This document shows, in pieces, positions 51,815 through 62,745 of a stretch of 64,000 nucleotides of DNA (positions are counted from its first letter, which is position 1; every line of letters begins with the position of its first letter). A model generated the notes under the pieces. The model saw nothing but the letters and a program-made list of their open reading frames with translations, was not told the origin of the DNA and ran no database searches. Origin of the DNA: Eledone cirrhosa (lineage: Eukaryota). The translations under genes were made by a program, and so were the position numbers. The DNA lies in NCBI GenBank assembly GCA_964016885.1, contig OZ024740.1, forward strand, positions 211,668,001 through 211,732,000, in the 5' to 3' direction.

Positions 51815-54276
51815 ATGCTAATCAAAGACCAACTCCCCATGTCAACCAAGAACATACCAATACCATCCAGGAATACATATGAGAAATTGCTGATCAACAG
51901 TGTAAATTCATTTATCAATAGAGTGAGATGGAGGACATTCCATTATGATAGAAACAAATCTAACAACTTGAATAATACTAACAATTTTGACTCCTTCGGC
52001 TTTAAAACCTTTAAAAGCCCCCCTCATAACACTCTACTTAACTCCTTTGAAAATGACCTAGTTAAACTAGTTAAGAACATTAAATACAATAAGCACCATA
52101 TTAGAAGCAACACCTTCTTAAACAAACTTAACACTTCTATTAGTGGATTCAAAACTAGTAATAAAATTATTGTACACGCAGATAAAACTAATAACATATA
52201 CAGCCTAGATTATATTACTTATAGAAAGTTTATATATAATGAACTACATAAAAGCTACAAAAAAACCACCTTGAAAAACTTATTAAAGATATTAATGTAG
52301 AGGGTTATAATATAGTGTCTAAACTAGGACTACAGAGGCATACACAACCTTTCACTCCGAACCCCCCTAGATTCTCTCTGAAGGACCATAAGGAGAACTT
52401 CATCAGCAACCCCACGATAAGACTTATCTGCCCTTCCAAGTCCGACATTGGTATTATCAGCAAGAAGATTTTGGATAAAATCATCCCACAAATTAAACAC
52501 AAGATACACCTTAAACAATGGGGAAATACGGGTGAAGTAATTGAATGGTTTAAGGATATCAAGAATAATAAGAACAAAAAATTTATTCAATTTGATATCA
52601 ATTCATACTACACCTCTATTTCCCCTATCCTATTAAATAAGGCACTTATCATGGCCATGACCAATAGCGACCTGACTAGAGCCCAGGTTGATGTCATCCT
52701 TGCGGCCCGTAAAACCATAATCACCTTCGAGGACCAACTATGGACACGCAAGGATACGCACAACAACTTCGACATAACCATGGGATCTAGTGACTCGGCG
52801 CAGGTCACTGATTTGGTCGGCCTATACCTCCTCAATGAAATCCATAAAGACCTCCCTTACCTCAACGGTGGTTTGTACCGCGATGATGCACTTCTACTCA
52901 TAGAATATAAAAAATTTAATATAGAAAGAACTAGAAAACAACTGCATAAGACATTCAAAAACTTTAACCTTAGTATCACCATGGACAAAAACACTAAAAA
53001 TGTTAACTTCCTAGACGCCACACTATACCTAGACTCAAAAATATATACACCCTTCCATAAGCCTAATGAGAAACTTATTTACGTAGATACCAAGTCTAAT
53101 CACCCTAGATCAATATTAAACTCTATCTCTAAGGGGGTGTCCAATAGAATCTCTAGTCTGTCCTATGACGCAAACATATTTAGCAAAAACTCACAATATT
53201 ACAATCAAGCATTAGCTAGCTCCGGCCATAATATAGAAATTGAGTTCCTACCTAAGAAAACACATAGCTACAACATCATCTCGCACAACATGTCCATGAG
53301 GAAATCTAATAATAGGAATAGCAACCACAAGTACACCAAAGCGGAGGGTGCCACCGGAAGTAACCATTACCATGGAAACTACTGTGAGGCCTTAGGAGGA
53401 AGCAACACACCAAACACTAAAAGCAAAAATAGAAGAAGAAATAATACATTTTTCAACCCTCCTTTCAACCTAAATGTCTCCACCAACATACCTAGGGCTT
53501 TCTTCTCACTACTAGATAAAAACTTCCCTCTAGGACACAAGTACCACAACCTCTTAAACAAAAACACCATTAAAATCTCATACTCCACGACGCCTAACTT
53601 AGCATACCACATAGCTAGCAGCAATAATAGTAAAATTAGTTCTTACTTCCAACAAACAAAATCGCAACGGGATGCAAACCCTCTAAATACCACTGTAGCA
53701 AGCAACAATAGCAACGGCAGTAACAATAGAAATAACACTAGTATAAGTAATAACACCAGGGTTGTCAACCTGAACACCCAAAATCCTATACCCACCACAC
53801 AGACTTCCGCATTGCATTATAACCAGCGGACTAACGCACAGAATAATTGTAACTGTAGAGCTAATAGAACCTGCCCTTTAGATAAAAAATGCCTAACCAA
53901 GGATGTCATATACTCATGCACAGTCACGACTAATAACTCTTCAGAAACCTATGTAGGCTCCACTTCTAACTGCTTCAAAATTAGATATAACTCGCACATC
54001 CACTCGTTCAAAAAGCACAGCCTAGCCAACTCCACCTCACTTTCTAGCTACATTCACTATCTAAAATCTAAAAATAAACCATACACACTCAAATGGGAAG
54101 TGATAGGCAGCGCGACCTCGTACAAACCACCTAATAAATTCTGTAACCTCTGTATACTAGAGACACACAATATTATCTTCTCCAACCGTAACCTACTTAA
54201 CAAAAAATCTGAGGTGTTTGCAACTTGCCAGCACCGCCTCAGACATTCCTTCCAAAACTTTAAGCCCCATATATAG
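51815..54276 (+). CDS. PLE polyprotein (about 820 aa): RT + GIY-YIG endonuclease, one -1 frameshift near 52259-52265
   Basis: STKNIPIPS, FGFK, ADKTNNIY, LKDHKENF, FIQFDI, MGSSD, GLYRDD, NFLD, SNHP, FNPPFN, CNCR..CPL..C, VIY..YVGST..FKIRYNSH, CNLC..E, LLNKKSE..C.H. Confidence 0.93.
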
Positions 54277-55719
54277 CAATGTCGGACTGGAACCTAACAC
54301 CACATCTAGCATCAAACACCAGAGACACACCCTATACTACATACCCAACACTAGCTGATCCATTATAACACAAACAACGACATCCCACTGGAACCCTTCG
54401 CAGGGAAAATACCCATTTATACCTCTACGGCAGGTGTGACAACATCCACCCACCTGGACGGCACTACGCCGCTCTAAGGGTAATTTGAGCATGAATTGAT
54501 CGGTTGGATGGTGTTGGGCAGAGGAAACACCTTCCTTAGACAGATGTAAAATGATTTAATCGAGTAGCGCTGTTGACCAGTAGGACCAGGCCGCTGAGCG
54601 CAGTGAGTGAATGCAATGCAACTGCCGTGCGGGTTGTACGTATATGGATGATCTGACGGTCAGAGAGGGGTCGCGAGGACTGCGGCTTGACCTTTGGCCT
54701 GCCTGGGGACGATTATCTTTCGACATCCAATGTAGCAAGCGATGACCCAGATCTTACCAGAGATCATTGGGTCCTGAAGCAATCCTGCAATCACCGCGCC
54801 TGGTCATATGAGCAGACTACAACCATAGAGATCATTAATTTAGAATCCTCGCTCATCATCTATAATTTCCATTTGTAGCACCTTAAGATGGGTTAATCCA
54901 CCCTAATAATAATATGATCACCTTCAGCATAATTTAGTTAAACTACTCTATAGTTAGTACACTTTATGCTTTAAAAGTCTCTCTTGGAAGGTGCACCTCA
55001 CCATAGAATTTAGGGTCTATATTGAGACACATTTTAATGGCTAGATATAGAAACCCCAGAGTTACCTCCCCGCATGCATTAACTCCCCTTAGCCACACAC
55101 ACACTTCCGGTATTCAATGGCGTCTCTCGAAACGTAACAACCACCTGTATCGAACTAAAGAGCACCAGACTACGATCTCTAACTAGATTGTCGTGGATTA
55201 TGTGAAAGGCATATAATCGAAATATACACTCCCTTGACCATGAAAATACCGAAGTACATGAATTACTTGACATCCATGCGCTGTGCATCTCCAATACTTA
55301 TAACACTTTTAATGCTTGCACTATCTTTAATGCTTATAATATTTCTCCACACACAGACTATATCAATCATATAAAGACTTTGCCACCAGATCTACCAACC
55401 TAACACTCTTATTTACCTACCTAAGTGCCTCTACCACACATATCTCTCTGCCACACTATATAAACAAGACGCACATGCGTGCCACACATATAACATTTGC
55501 ACTATATAACCACTTATCTTCATGTTGTACTTTAACCTATATCTTTGATTTTTGATTGTACCTATTAATATAAATGTAATCTCGAAGTGTGTACTGCCAC
55601 TCTAAATTCTGTAATGAATGTTGACCCACAATGTTTGAATATGTATCAATGTTTGAATATGTGTTGGTATGTCTCTCGGCTGAAAAGGAGGTCATATAAC
55701 TGTCCATGCATTAATAAAT

Positions 55720-55766
55720 TGCTCCGAAGAATCCAAACCTCGGTTTGGAGGAAACAGCTGTAAGCA
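55720..55766 (+). ncRNA. Minimal type-I hammerhead (3' pLTR)
   Basis: Identical to 51519-51565. GUA at 55760-55762. Confidence 0.78.
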
Positions 55767-56395
55767 CAATAATGTTTTGAACAGCTCTTTGATTCTTATA
55801 TTTCATATATTTCATATATTTCATATATTTCATATATTTCATATAACTGCTCTGTAAATCATCTGATGTTTTTACATTGAGCTACTTAACTTACTGGTAA
55901 TAAGGTAGTAATACATTACTGCCTACCACTATTTAGGGTGTGTGTAAAATACTTACAACTGCTTAAGGTTTTGTGTTTACATAACCATAAATAGTATAAC
56001 TAATACTATATATATGTATATATATATATATATATGTATAGAGCCTAACGGGTGTCATATATAATAATAGGACCACGCCAGGTCCTGCGGGAGGAATTAC
56101 ATTTACAAAGAACATTGATTTGGTGGTCTGATTCTTCTTATAGAATGTTCAGATATGACACCCCTTAATAGAAGGTAATCATCCTGATATATACACCTTA
56201 GTACTTCTTAATAGACAACACTGTAACCTATAAATAAGTAACATAATCTAGAAATTAGTTATAACATCATATGATAGGCACTTATTTGAAACACCATTAA
56301 TGTAATTTAGGATAATAAATTTAACTAAGAAAACCAGACATGGTCGCATTCTTTAAGGGTATGTCAATATTTTTTTATAAAACTGCTCTATATTA

Positions 56396-56460
56396 TATTT
56401 TATCTGATGAAAGCGCACCATAATTTGCTTTGGTGTCCTTGAAATGTGTATAATGAAATA
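56396..56460 (+). ncRNA. Type-I hammerhead in an orphan non-coding PLE tail (about 56040-56495) between (TA)n tracts
   Basis: Stem I TATTTTAT/ATGAAATA, CTGATGA (56404-56410), stem II AAGCGCACCA/TGGTGTCCTT, GAAA (56441-56444), stem III AT-gtgt-AT, triplet AUA. Confidence 0.8.
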
Positions 56461-56564
56461 AATATGGTTTTATGAATATAGTTTCCATTTGTTAATATAT
56501 TATATATATATATCAAGAAAGAAGAGTGACATGGTTTGCTATACAAAAAAGGCTTTTAATCACT

Positions 56565-56675
56565 TTTCTGACAATTGTTTCTCTGAACTGGTAGGTCTAG
56601 AGATCACTACCCGCCTGTTTTCGCGTCAATCGTTCACCAATACATAGTTGTAACCAGTCAATTCATCAGACCTAG
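56565..56675 (-). ncRNA. Hammerhead copy with degenerate stem I
   Basis: Reverse complement has CTGATGA..GAAA CAATT GTC, but stem I (AGGT/AGAA) no longer pairs. Confidence 0.5.
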
Positions 56676-59335
56676 CGAGAATGAAGGGAATACACAGGCA
56701 TGGCCTCTATATATAGTAGTGGTAGCATTCAATCAGAACAATAACAACAATACTAACAGTGCTAGCAATAAATTATTTGAAATAATCACATCAATCTAAG
56801 TGAGACATATAGTATACTTAAGACTTTAGCATGTAAAATGAGTTGATATGAGGCAGATGTATGAAATTGACATGTAAAAGCTGTCATGGGGTGTATTATA
56901 TATAGTGTGGATATAAGCCGGGGCTTTAAACAATGTACCATTTCCTTTACCGTAGGTTTGGTGACCATAAGAATTATTTATTATCTGACAGATAAAATAT
57001 TTATCATTGTAGTGAGGATAGTAATTTTTGTGGTGTGAAGTGGATTCAATATTTATGTGGTCTATATTAGATGAAGGGATTGTTAGTTCGAATCATGGGG
57101 TTGTTTAGCTTTCACATCATCAATAACATACATGTAAAAGATAACATTAACAGAGTAGCAATATAATAGGTAAGTTAATACAAAGGTTAAGGAGGCAATA
57201 TATATAGAGAGAGAAAACATGCTGACTACAATTATAACAACAGGAGGAAGGTTATGTTTTACTGTGGTAGTATTCTGATAATGTACTTGGATTTAGGTTC
57301 ATCTGTTGAGAATCAAGGGTGAGGAAGTTGTGTTGACAGCAGCTGAGAAGAGATATATTTATGGGTTGATAAGATATTTGCAGACATTACTGTGGTATAG
57401 AATTAAGAAGGCTAGAATTTGCTTAATGAGTATTTTAGTTCTGTGGTGGTCCGTGTAATAGCATGGATTTCATATGTTGAATGCTAAGTTATGTTGGTTC
57501 GATTCACAGTGGCTTAAATCTTGTGAATTTAGTGACGTTCCTGTGTCTGCAGAAAATTGATCTTTCTATCTTGTTGTTGAGTAGCCTTTTTTAATTCCTA
57601 AGGATATACAGTAATTCAAGATCACAGAGCCTACAATAGGACATGCCGGTACTGTATGCCCTTGCGGCCGACAACCTCGACCAGTTGATATTGTAGTTGG
57701 TGCTATTGTCCTTAAGTTCCCAGATTTTTTTGGCGAGAGTTGTAGAACCTATAAGTGCACGGTTCTTCATCGAGTGTCTGTGCATATACCATCTTTTTTT
57801 TAATAAAATTAACCGCGGTGGATCCAATGTAATACCAAGTGGAGTTGCCCGAGTTCACCGTACACATGTACACTAGGCTTGAATCAAGGCATCTGTTCGC
57901 CAATGGGCACCTATCCGGTAGGTGACAGTTGTAGTTTGAGGTGTTATTCCGTGCAGCTTCCACACTGCTGTTTTGCACACTGCTATAAGTGGGTTGTGAT
58001 TTGTGCCCATTGAGGTTTTGCTGCTGCGTGCTTGTATGCTTTTGCGGTTGTGATACTGTGATGTGTTTATGTTTAGAATTTTGTGCTATGTTGCGCATAG
58101 GTGGAGCGGTTTCCCTAGAGGTATTTCTGTGGTTGATCTTGCGTATGTGTGATTCTATATTTGCAGCCGTAGAGTATGAGCGTTTTATAGTTTTTCTATT
58201 GAGGATTTTATGATATCTGTGTGATATAGGGGAGTGTTTATCTATTAGTTCAAAGAACGTAGAAGGCAACAAAATCTGGGAACTTAAGGACAATAGCACC
58301 AACTACAATATCAACTGGTCGAGGTTGTCGGCTGCAAGGGCATACAGTACCGGCATGTCCTATTGTAGGCTCTGTGATCTTGAATTACTGTATATCCTTA
58401 GGAATTAAAAAAGGCTACTCTACAACAAGATAGAAAGATCAATTTTCTGCAGACACAAGATCGCCACAAAATTCACAAGATTTAAGCCACCGTGAATCGA
58501 ACCAACATAACTTAGCATTCAACATATGATATCCACACTATAACACGGACCACTACAGAACTAAAATACTCATTTAGCAAATTCTAGCCTTCTTAATTCT
58601 ATACCACAGTAATGTCTGCAAACATCTTATCAACCCATAAATATATCTCTTCTCAGCTGCTGTCAACACAAATTCCTCACCCTTGATTCTCAACAGATGA
58701 ACCTAAATCCAAGTACATTATCAGAATACTACCACAGTAAAACATCACCTTCCTCCTGTTGTTATAATTGTAGTCAGCTTGTTTTCTCTCTATATATATA
58801 TATATATTTCCTCCTTAACCTCTGTATTAACTTACCTATTATATTGCTACTCTGTTAATGTTATCTTATACATGTATGTTATTGATGATATGAAAGCTAA
58901 ACAACTCCATGATTCGAATTAACAATCCCTTCATCAAATATAGACCACATAAATATTGAATCCACTTCACACCACAAAAATTACTATCCTCACTACAATG
59001 ATAAATATTTTATCTGTCAGATAATAAATAATTCTTATGGTCACCAAACCTATGGTAAAGGAAATGGTACATTGTTTAAAGCCCCGGCTTATATCCACAC
59101 TATATATAATACACCCCACGACAGCTTTTACATGTCAATTTCATACATCTCCCTCATATCAACTCATTTTACATGCTAAAGTCTTAAGTATACTATATGT
59201 CTCACTTAGATTGATGTTGTGATTATTTCAAATAATTTATTGCTAGCACTGTTAGTATTGTTGTTATTGTTCTGATTGAATGCCACCACTACTATATATA
59301 GAGGCCATGCCTGTGTATTCCCTTCATTCTCGCTA

Positions 59336-59441
59336 GCTCTGATGAATTGACTGGTTACAACTATGTATTGGTGATCGATTGACGCGAAAACAGGCGGGTA
59401 GTGATCTCTAGACCTACCAGTTCAGAGAAACAATTGTCAGC
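59336..59441 (+). ncRNA. Hammerhead with ~80-nt expanded stem II
   Basis: GCT-CTGATGA(59339-59345)-TGACTGGT..ACCAGTTCA-GAAA(59427-59430)-palindromic ACAATTGT-GUC(59436-59438)-AGC. Confidence 0.72.
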
Positions 59442-59659
59442 AATGTGATTTAAAACCTTTTTTGTATAGCAATCCGTGTCACTCTTCTTTCTTGATTTAT
59501 CATTACTCCAAATGTAAACAACATATAAATCAACGCGTACTCACAGCATCACTATGGTAACGCCTTGTTGAGTCGAACTTAGCCAAGCATTGATACAATC
59601 CACTACTCGGAGTACCCTAACTGGACTACACCTAAGTGGACTACCTATAACAATAATCT

Positions 59660-60320
59660 GTTATCCTGTATATAGCGACAGCTCGTAGTATAGGGGAACA
59701 GATAAATGAACCTGGCAAGACCTTCAAGATAGTAAAGAATCATCTGTACTCTACCAACATGCTAAAATAGAACATAAGGGTAAATTAGAGAACATAGAAA
59801 TAAAAATAGAATCTACACACAGAAAAGATGCAATGTTTAGACAAATCACAGAGGCAATAAACATAAATAAACTCCAACCAAAATTAAATAGAAAACATGA
59901 ATGCAACAGCAACATCACAACTTACAATTAAGGACAAAATGAAAACACACACGCACATAGAACAAACAACCAACCAGTAACATGTAAATAAACAAATAAA
60001 TAAACGAATATAAACACACACAGACACCCGGATGTAACACATGCGCAAACTAAGCACACAACACACACACAAAAACAAAATGGCGTAGGACAGAACAAAG
60101 GAGCGGCACAAAAACAAAGAAAAGAATCCCCAATCACTGAAGAGGTCACAGAATGTGTGACGAAAGAACTTTGACAATATATAAAAAATCATCTGGTTGT
60201 GAAACCAAGCAACCGACCGAAATTTATAAATTCCTAAATTTATAAATTTATTATAATAAATTGAAGTGAAAGCAACTGGTGCGTGTGTTTCTTATTGGCA
60301 ACATGACCCTCCCAAATTAT

Positions 60321-60324
<4 letters not shown>
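59660..60324 (+). mobile_element. 3' remnant of a different PLE lineage (GIY-YIG C-terminus + 3'UTR)
   Basis: ..SSVLYQHAKIEHKGKLENIEIKIESTHRKDAMFRQITEAININKLQPKLNRKHEC (RQIxEA..I..P.LN.K.E motif). Confidence 0.7.
60134..60174 (+). ncRNA. Variant hammerhead (extra nt after A9, 2-bp stem III)
   Basis: TCA-CTGAAGA-g-GTCACA gaatg TGTGAC-GAAA-GAAC-TT-TGA. Confidence 0.62.
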
Positions 60325-60350
<26 letters not shown>

Positions 60351-60355
<5 letters not shown>

Positions 60356-60466
60356 AACAAGTAAGACCCCGACGGCTGAGCTCAAGCCGTTTCGACGACT
60401 AATTCTGGACCCAATTAGCTGTCGAAACGGCTTGAGCTCAGCCGTCGGGGTCTTACTTGTTCCTAT
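60351..60466. repeat. Perfect 46-bp inverted repeat (24-nt spacer) carrying the 3' half of a hammerhead, in a ~190-bp insert within (TA)n
   Basis: 60351-60396 is the reverse complement of 60421-60466. The right arm has GAAA CGGCT tgagctc AGCCG TC. Confidence 0.92.
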
Positions 60467-60670
60467 TACCCACTCTACTACCCTAAGTAATGAGTACTTT
60501 GGTGCGTTACCACATTTGGTTCCTTACCACATTTCCTTCGTTATATATATATATATATATATATATCCACCACTAACATTTGGTCTTATTTCACTATATA
60601 TACCTAACACTAACATTTGAAGCTTTGTATTCAAAATTAACATCGTTATGTATTCTGCTCTAATATTTAG

Positions 60671-60784
60671 CATGAAGATGAACTGAAACTACTGGAAGTA
60701 AAATGGAAACAAATGGAAAGTAAGATGACCGAGTGGAAAAATCAGTGTCAAGTTTTGAAGCAAGAACTGAAATTGGCTAACAAA
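60671..60784 (+). CDS. CCDC13: CCDC13 exon (HEDELKLLEVKWKQMESKMTEWKNQCQVLKQELKLANK)
   Basis: TTTAG acceptor, GTGAGT donor, 114 nt, phase 0/0. Matches the KMxxxxNQxQxxKQELxxAxK motif of CCDC13. Confidence 0.88.
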
Positions 60785-60927
60785 GTGAGTTATAAATAGC
60801 AGTTTTGACTTGTTAACTTCATAATTCAATATAGTAGATAATACTGTTATTATTATAGATCCATGCACAGAAATGCATGTACAAAAGAGACAACCTCCCC
60901 CAAAACGCTATAGAAACACAGTGATAA

Positions 60928-60971
60928 TCACTGAAGATGTCACAGGAAAATATGTGACGAAAGTACTTTGA
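60928..60971 (+). ncRNA. Variant hammerhead in a PLE tail (about 60820-61106) related to 60120-60322
   Basis: TCA-CTGAAGA-t-GTCACA ggaaaata TGTGAC-GAAA-GTAC-TT-TGA. Palindromic AAAGTACTTT. Stem II is conserved with 60134 while the loop differs. Confidence 0.68.
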
Positions 60972-61106
60972 GAAATTATTGCCAGCTAAATTATTTATAG
61001 AAATATAAAAAAAATATATATACTGAAACTGAAGCGAAAACCAAACTGAGTGTGTTTTACTATTAATTGGCAATATTAGAACAACATGACCCTCCCCAAA
61101 TATAAC

Positions 61107-61440
61107 TAACTACATTGAATGGTTTCAATTTAGCAACATTTATCCGAACACAAATACTTCAGTATTCATATAGAGACATCAGGGCAGCAAGAAGCTGATC
61201 ATCAATCCCATACTCCTGCACAGTCTTCCACAGCAGATCCCGAGGATCGCAGCCATATGCATTTTAGATGTCGGCAAAAATAAGAATATACTTCTTTGCA
61301 ATACTTCTACGATTTCTTGAATATCTGCCGCAGTGTGAATATTTGGTAAGCTGCGCTGTGTCTGGGGCAAAAACAACACTGTTCATCAACTAGCTTGGAC
61401 TTGACAATCTCCCTTCAGATTTTTTATAATTTTAACATGT
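61107..61440 (-). mobile_element. Old RTE RT fragment
   Basis: Reverse strand gives EQCCFCPRHSAAYQIFTLRQI and PRDLLWKTVQEYGIDDQLLAALMSLY..CVRIN. Confidence 0.65.
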
Positions 61441-62656
61441 AGTATCCCACCAGTAAGTATCCCACCAGTAGTCTCACCTGTAGTGCCACCTGTAGTCTCA
61501 TCTCTAGTCACACCTGTAGTCTCACCTGTAGTCTCACTTGTATCCCACCTCTAGTCTCACCTGTAGTCCCACCTCTAGTCTCACCTGTAGTCTCACCCGT
61601 AGTCTCACCTGAAGTCCCACCTGTAGTCTCACCTGTAGTCCCACCTCTAGTCCCACCTGTAGTCCCACCTCTAGTTACACCTGTAGTCTCACCTGTATCC
61701 CACCTGTAGTCACACCTGTAATGCCATCTGTAGTCTCACCTGTAGTCCCACCTATAGTCCCACCTGTATCTCACCTGTAGTCCCACTTGTAGTCCCACCT
61801 GTAGTCCCACTTGTATCTCACCTGTATCCTACCTGTAGTCCCACCTGTAGTCCCACCTGTATCCCACATGTAGTCCTACCTGTAGTCCCACCTGTAGTCC
61901 CACCTATAGTCCTACCTGTAGTCTCATCTGTATCCCACCTCTAGTCTCACCTGTAGTCTCACCCGAAGTCCCACCTGTAGTCCCACCTGTAATCACACCT
62001 CTAGTCACACCTCTAGTCCCACCTGTAGTCCCACATGTAGTTCGACCTCTAGTCTCACCTGTATCCCACCTGTAGTCTCACCTGTAGTCTCACCTGTAGT
62101 CCCACCTGTAGTCCCACTTGTAGTCCCACCTGTAGTCCCACTTGTATCTCACCTGTAGTCCCACCTGGAGTCCCACCTATAGTCTCACCTGTAGTCACAC
62201 CTGTATCTCACCTGTATCCCACCTATAGTCCTACATGTAGTCCTACCTGTAGTCCTACCTATAGTCCTACCTGTAGTCCCAACTGTATCTCACCTGTATC
62301 CCACCTGTAGTCCTACATGTAGTCCCACCTGTAGTCCCACCTGTATCTCACCTGTATCCCACCTGTAGTCCTACATGTAGTCCTACATGTAGTCCTACAT
62401 GTAGTCCCACATGTAGTCCCACATGTAGTCCCACCTGTAGTCCCACCTGTAGTCCCACCTGTAGTCCAACCTCTATCTCACCTGTATCCCACCTGTAGTC
62501 CTACATGTAGTCCCACCTGTAGTCCAACCTGTATCTCACCTGTATCTCACCTGTATCTCACCTGTATCCCACCTGTAGTCCTACATGTAGTCCCACCTGT
62601 ATCCCACCTGTAGTCCTACATGTAGTCCCACCTGTGGTCTCACCTGTAGTCTCACC
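61440..62656. repeat. 12-bp (with 11-bp variants) minisatellite GTAGTCCCACCT
   Basis: About 100 degenerate units. Confidence 0.95.
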
Positions 62657-62713
62657 TTTATAAAATAATTACATGACTGAAACATGAGCTGCTTCCTTTT
62701 TGTGCCTGTGATT

Positions 62714-62714
62714 G

Positions 62715-62745
<31 letters not shown>

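Larger units (their letters stand above)
56513..59500 (-). mobile_element. Third Naiad-type PLE: truncated minus-strand body (56513-58265) plus inverted copy (58269-59500)
   Basis: FFELIDKHSPISHRYHKILNRKTIKRSYS, YNCHLPDRCPLANRC..LVYMCTV..YYIGST, CRLCDLE. The arms are near-identical with scattered substitutions. Confidence 0.88.

Noticed and set aside
54738-54780. SECIS-like hairpin (ATGA..GA) in the Naiad 3'UTR; some Naiads encode selenoproteins
   Set aside because: The ORF has no in-frame TGA and ends in TAG, the GA pairs Watson-Crick with TC rather than forming the quartet, and there is no apical AA.
61540-62000. Similarity of CCTGTAGTCCCA to 7SL/Alu
   Set aside because: It is only a 12-mer within a tandem repeat, with no other SRP features.
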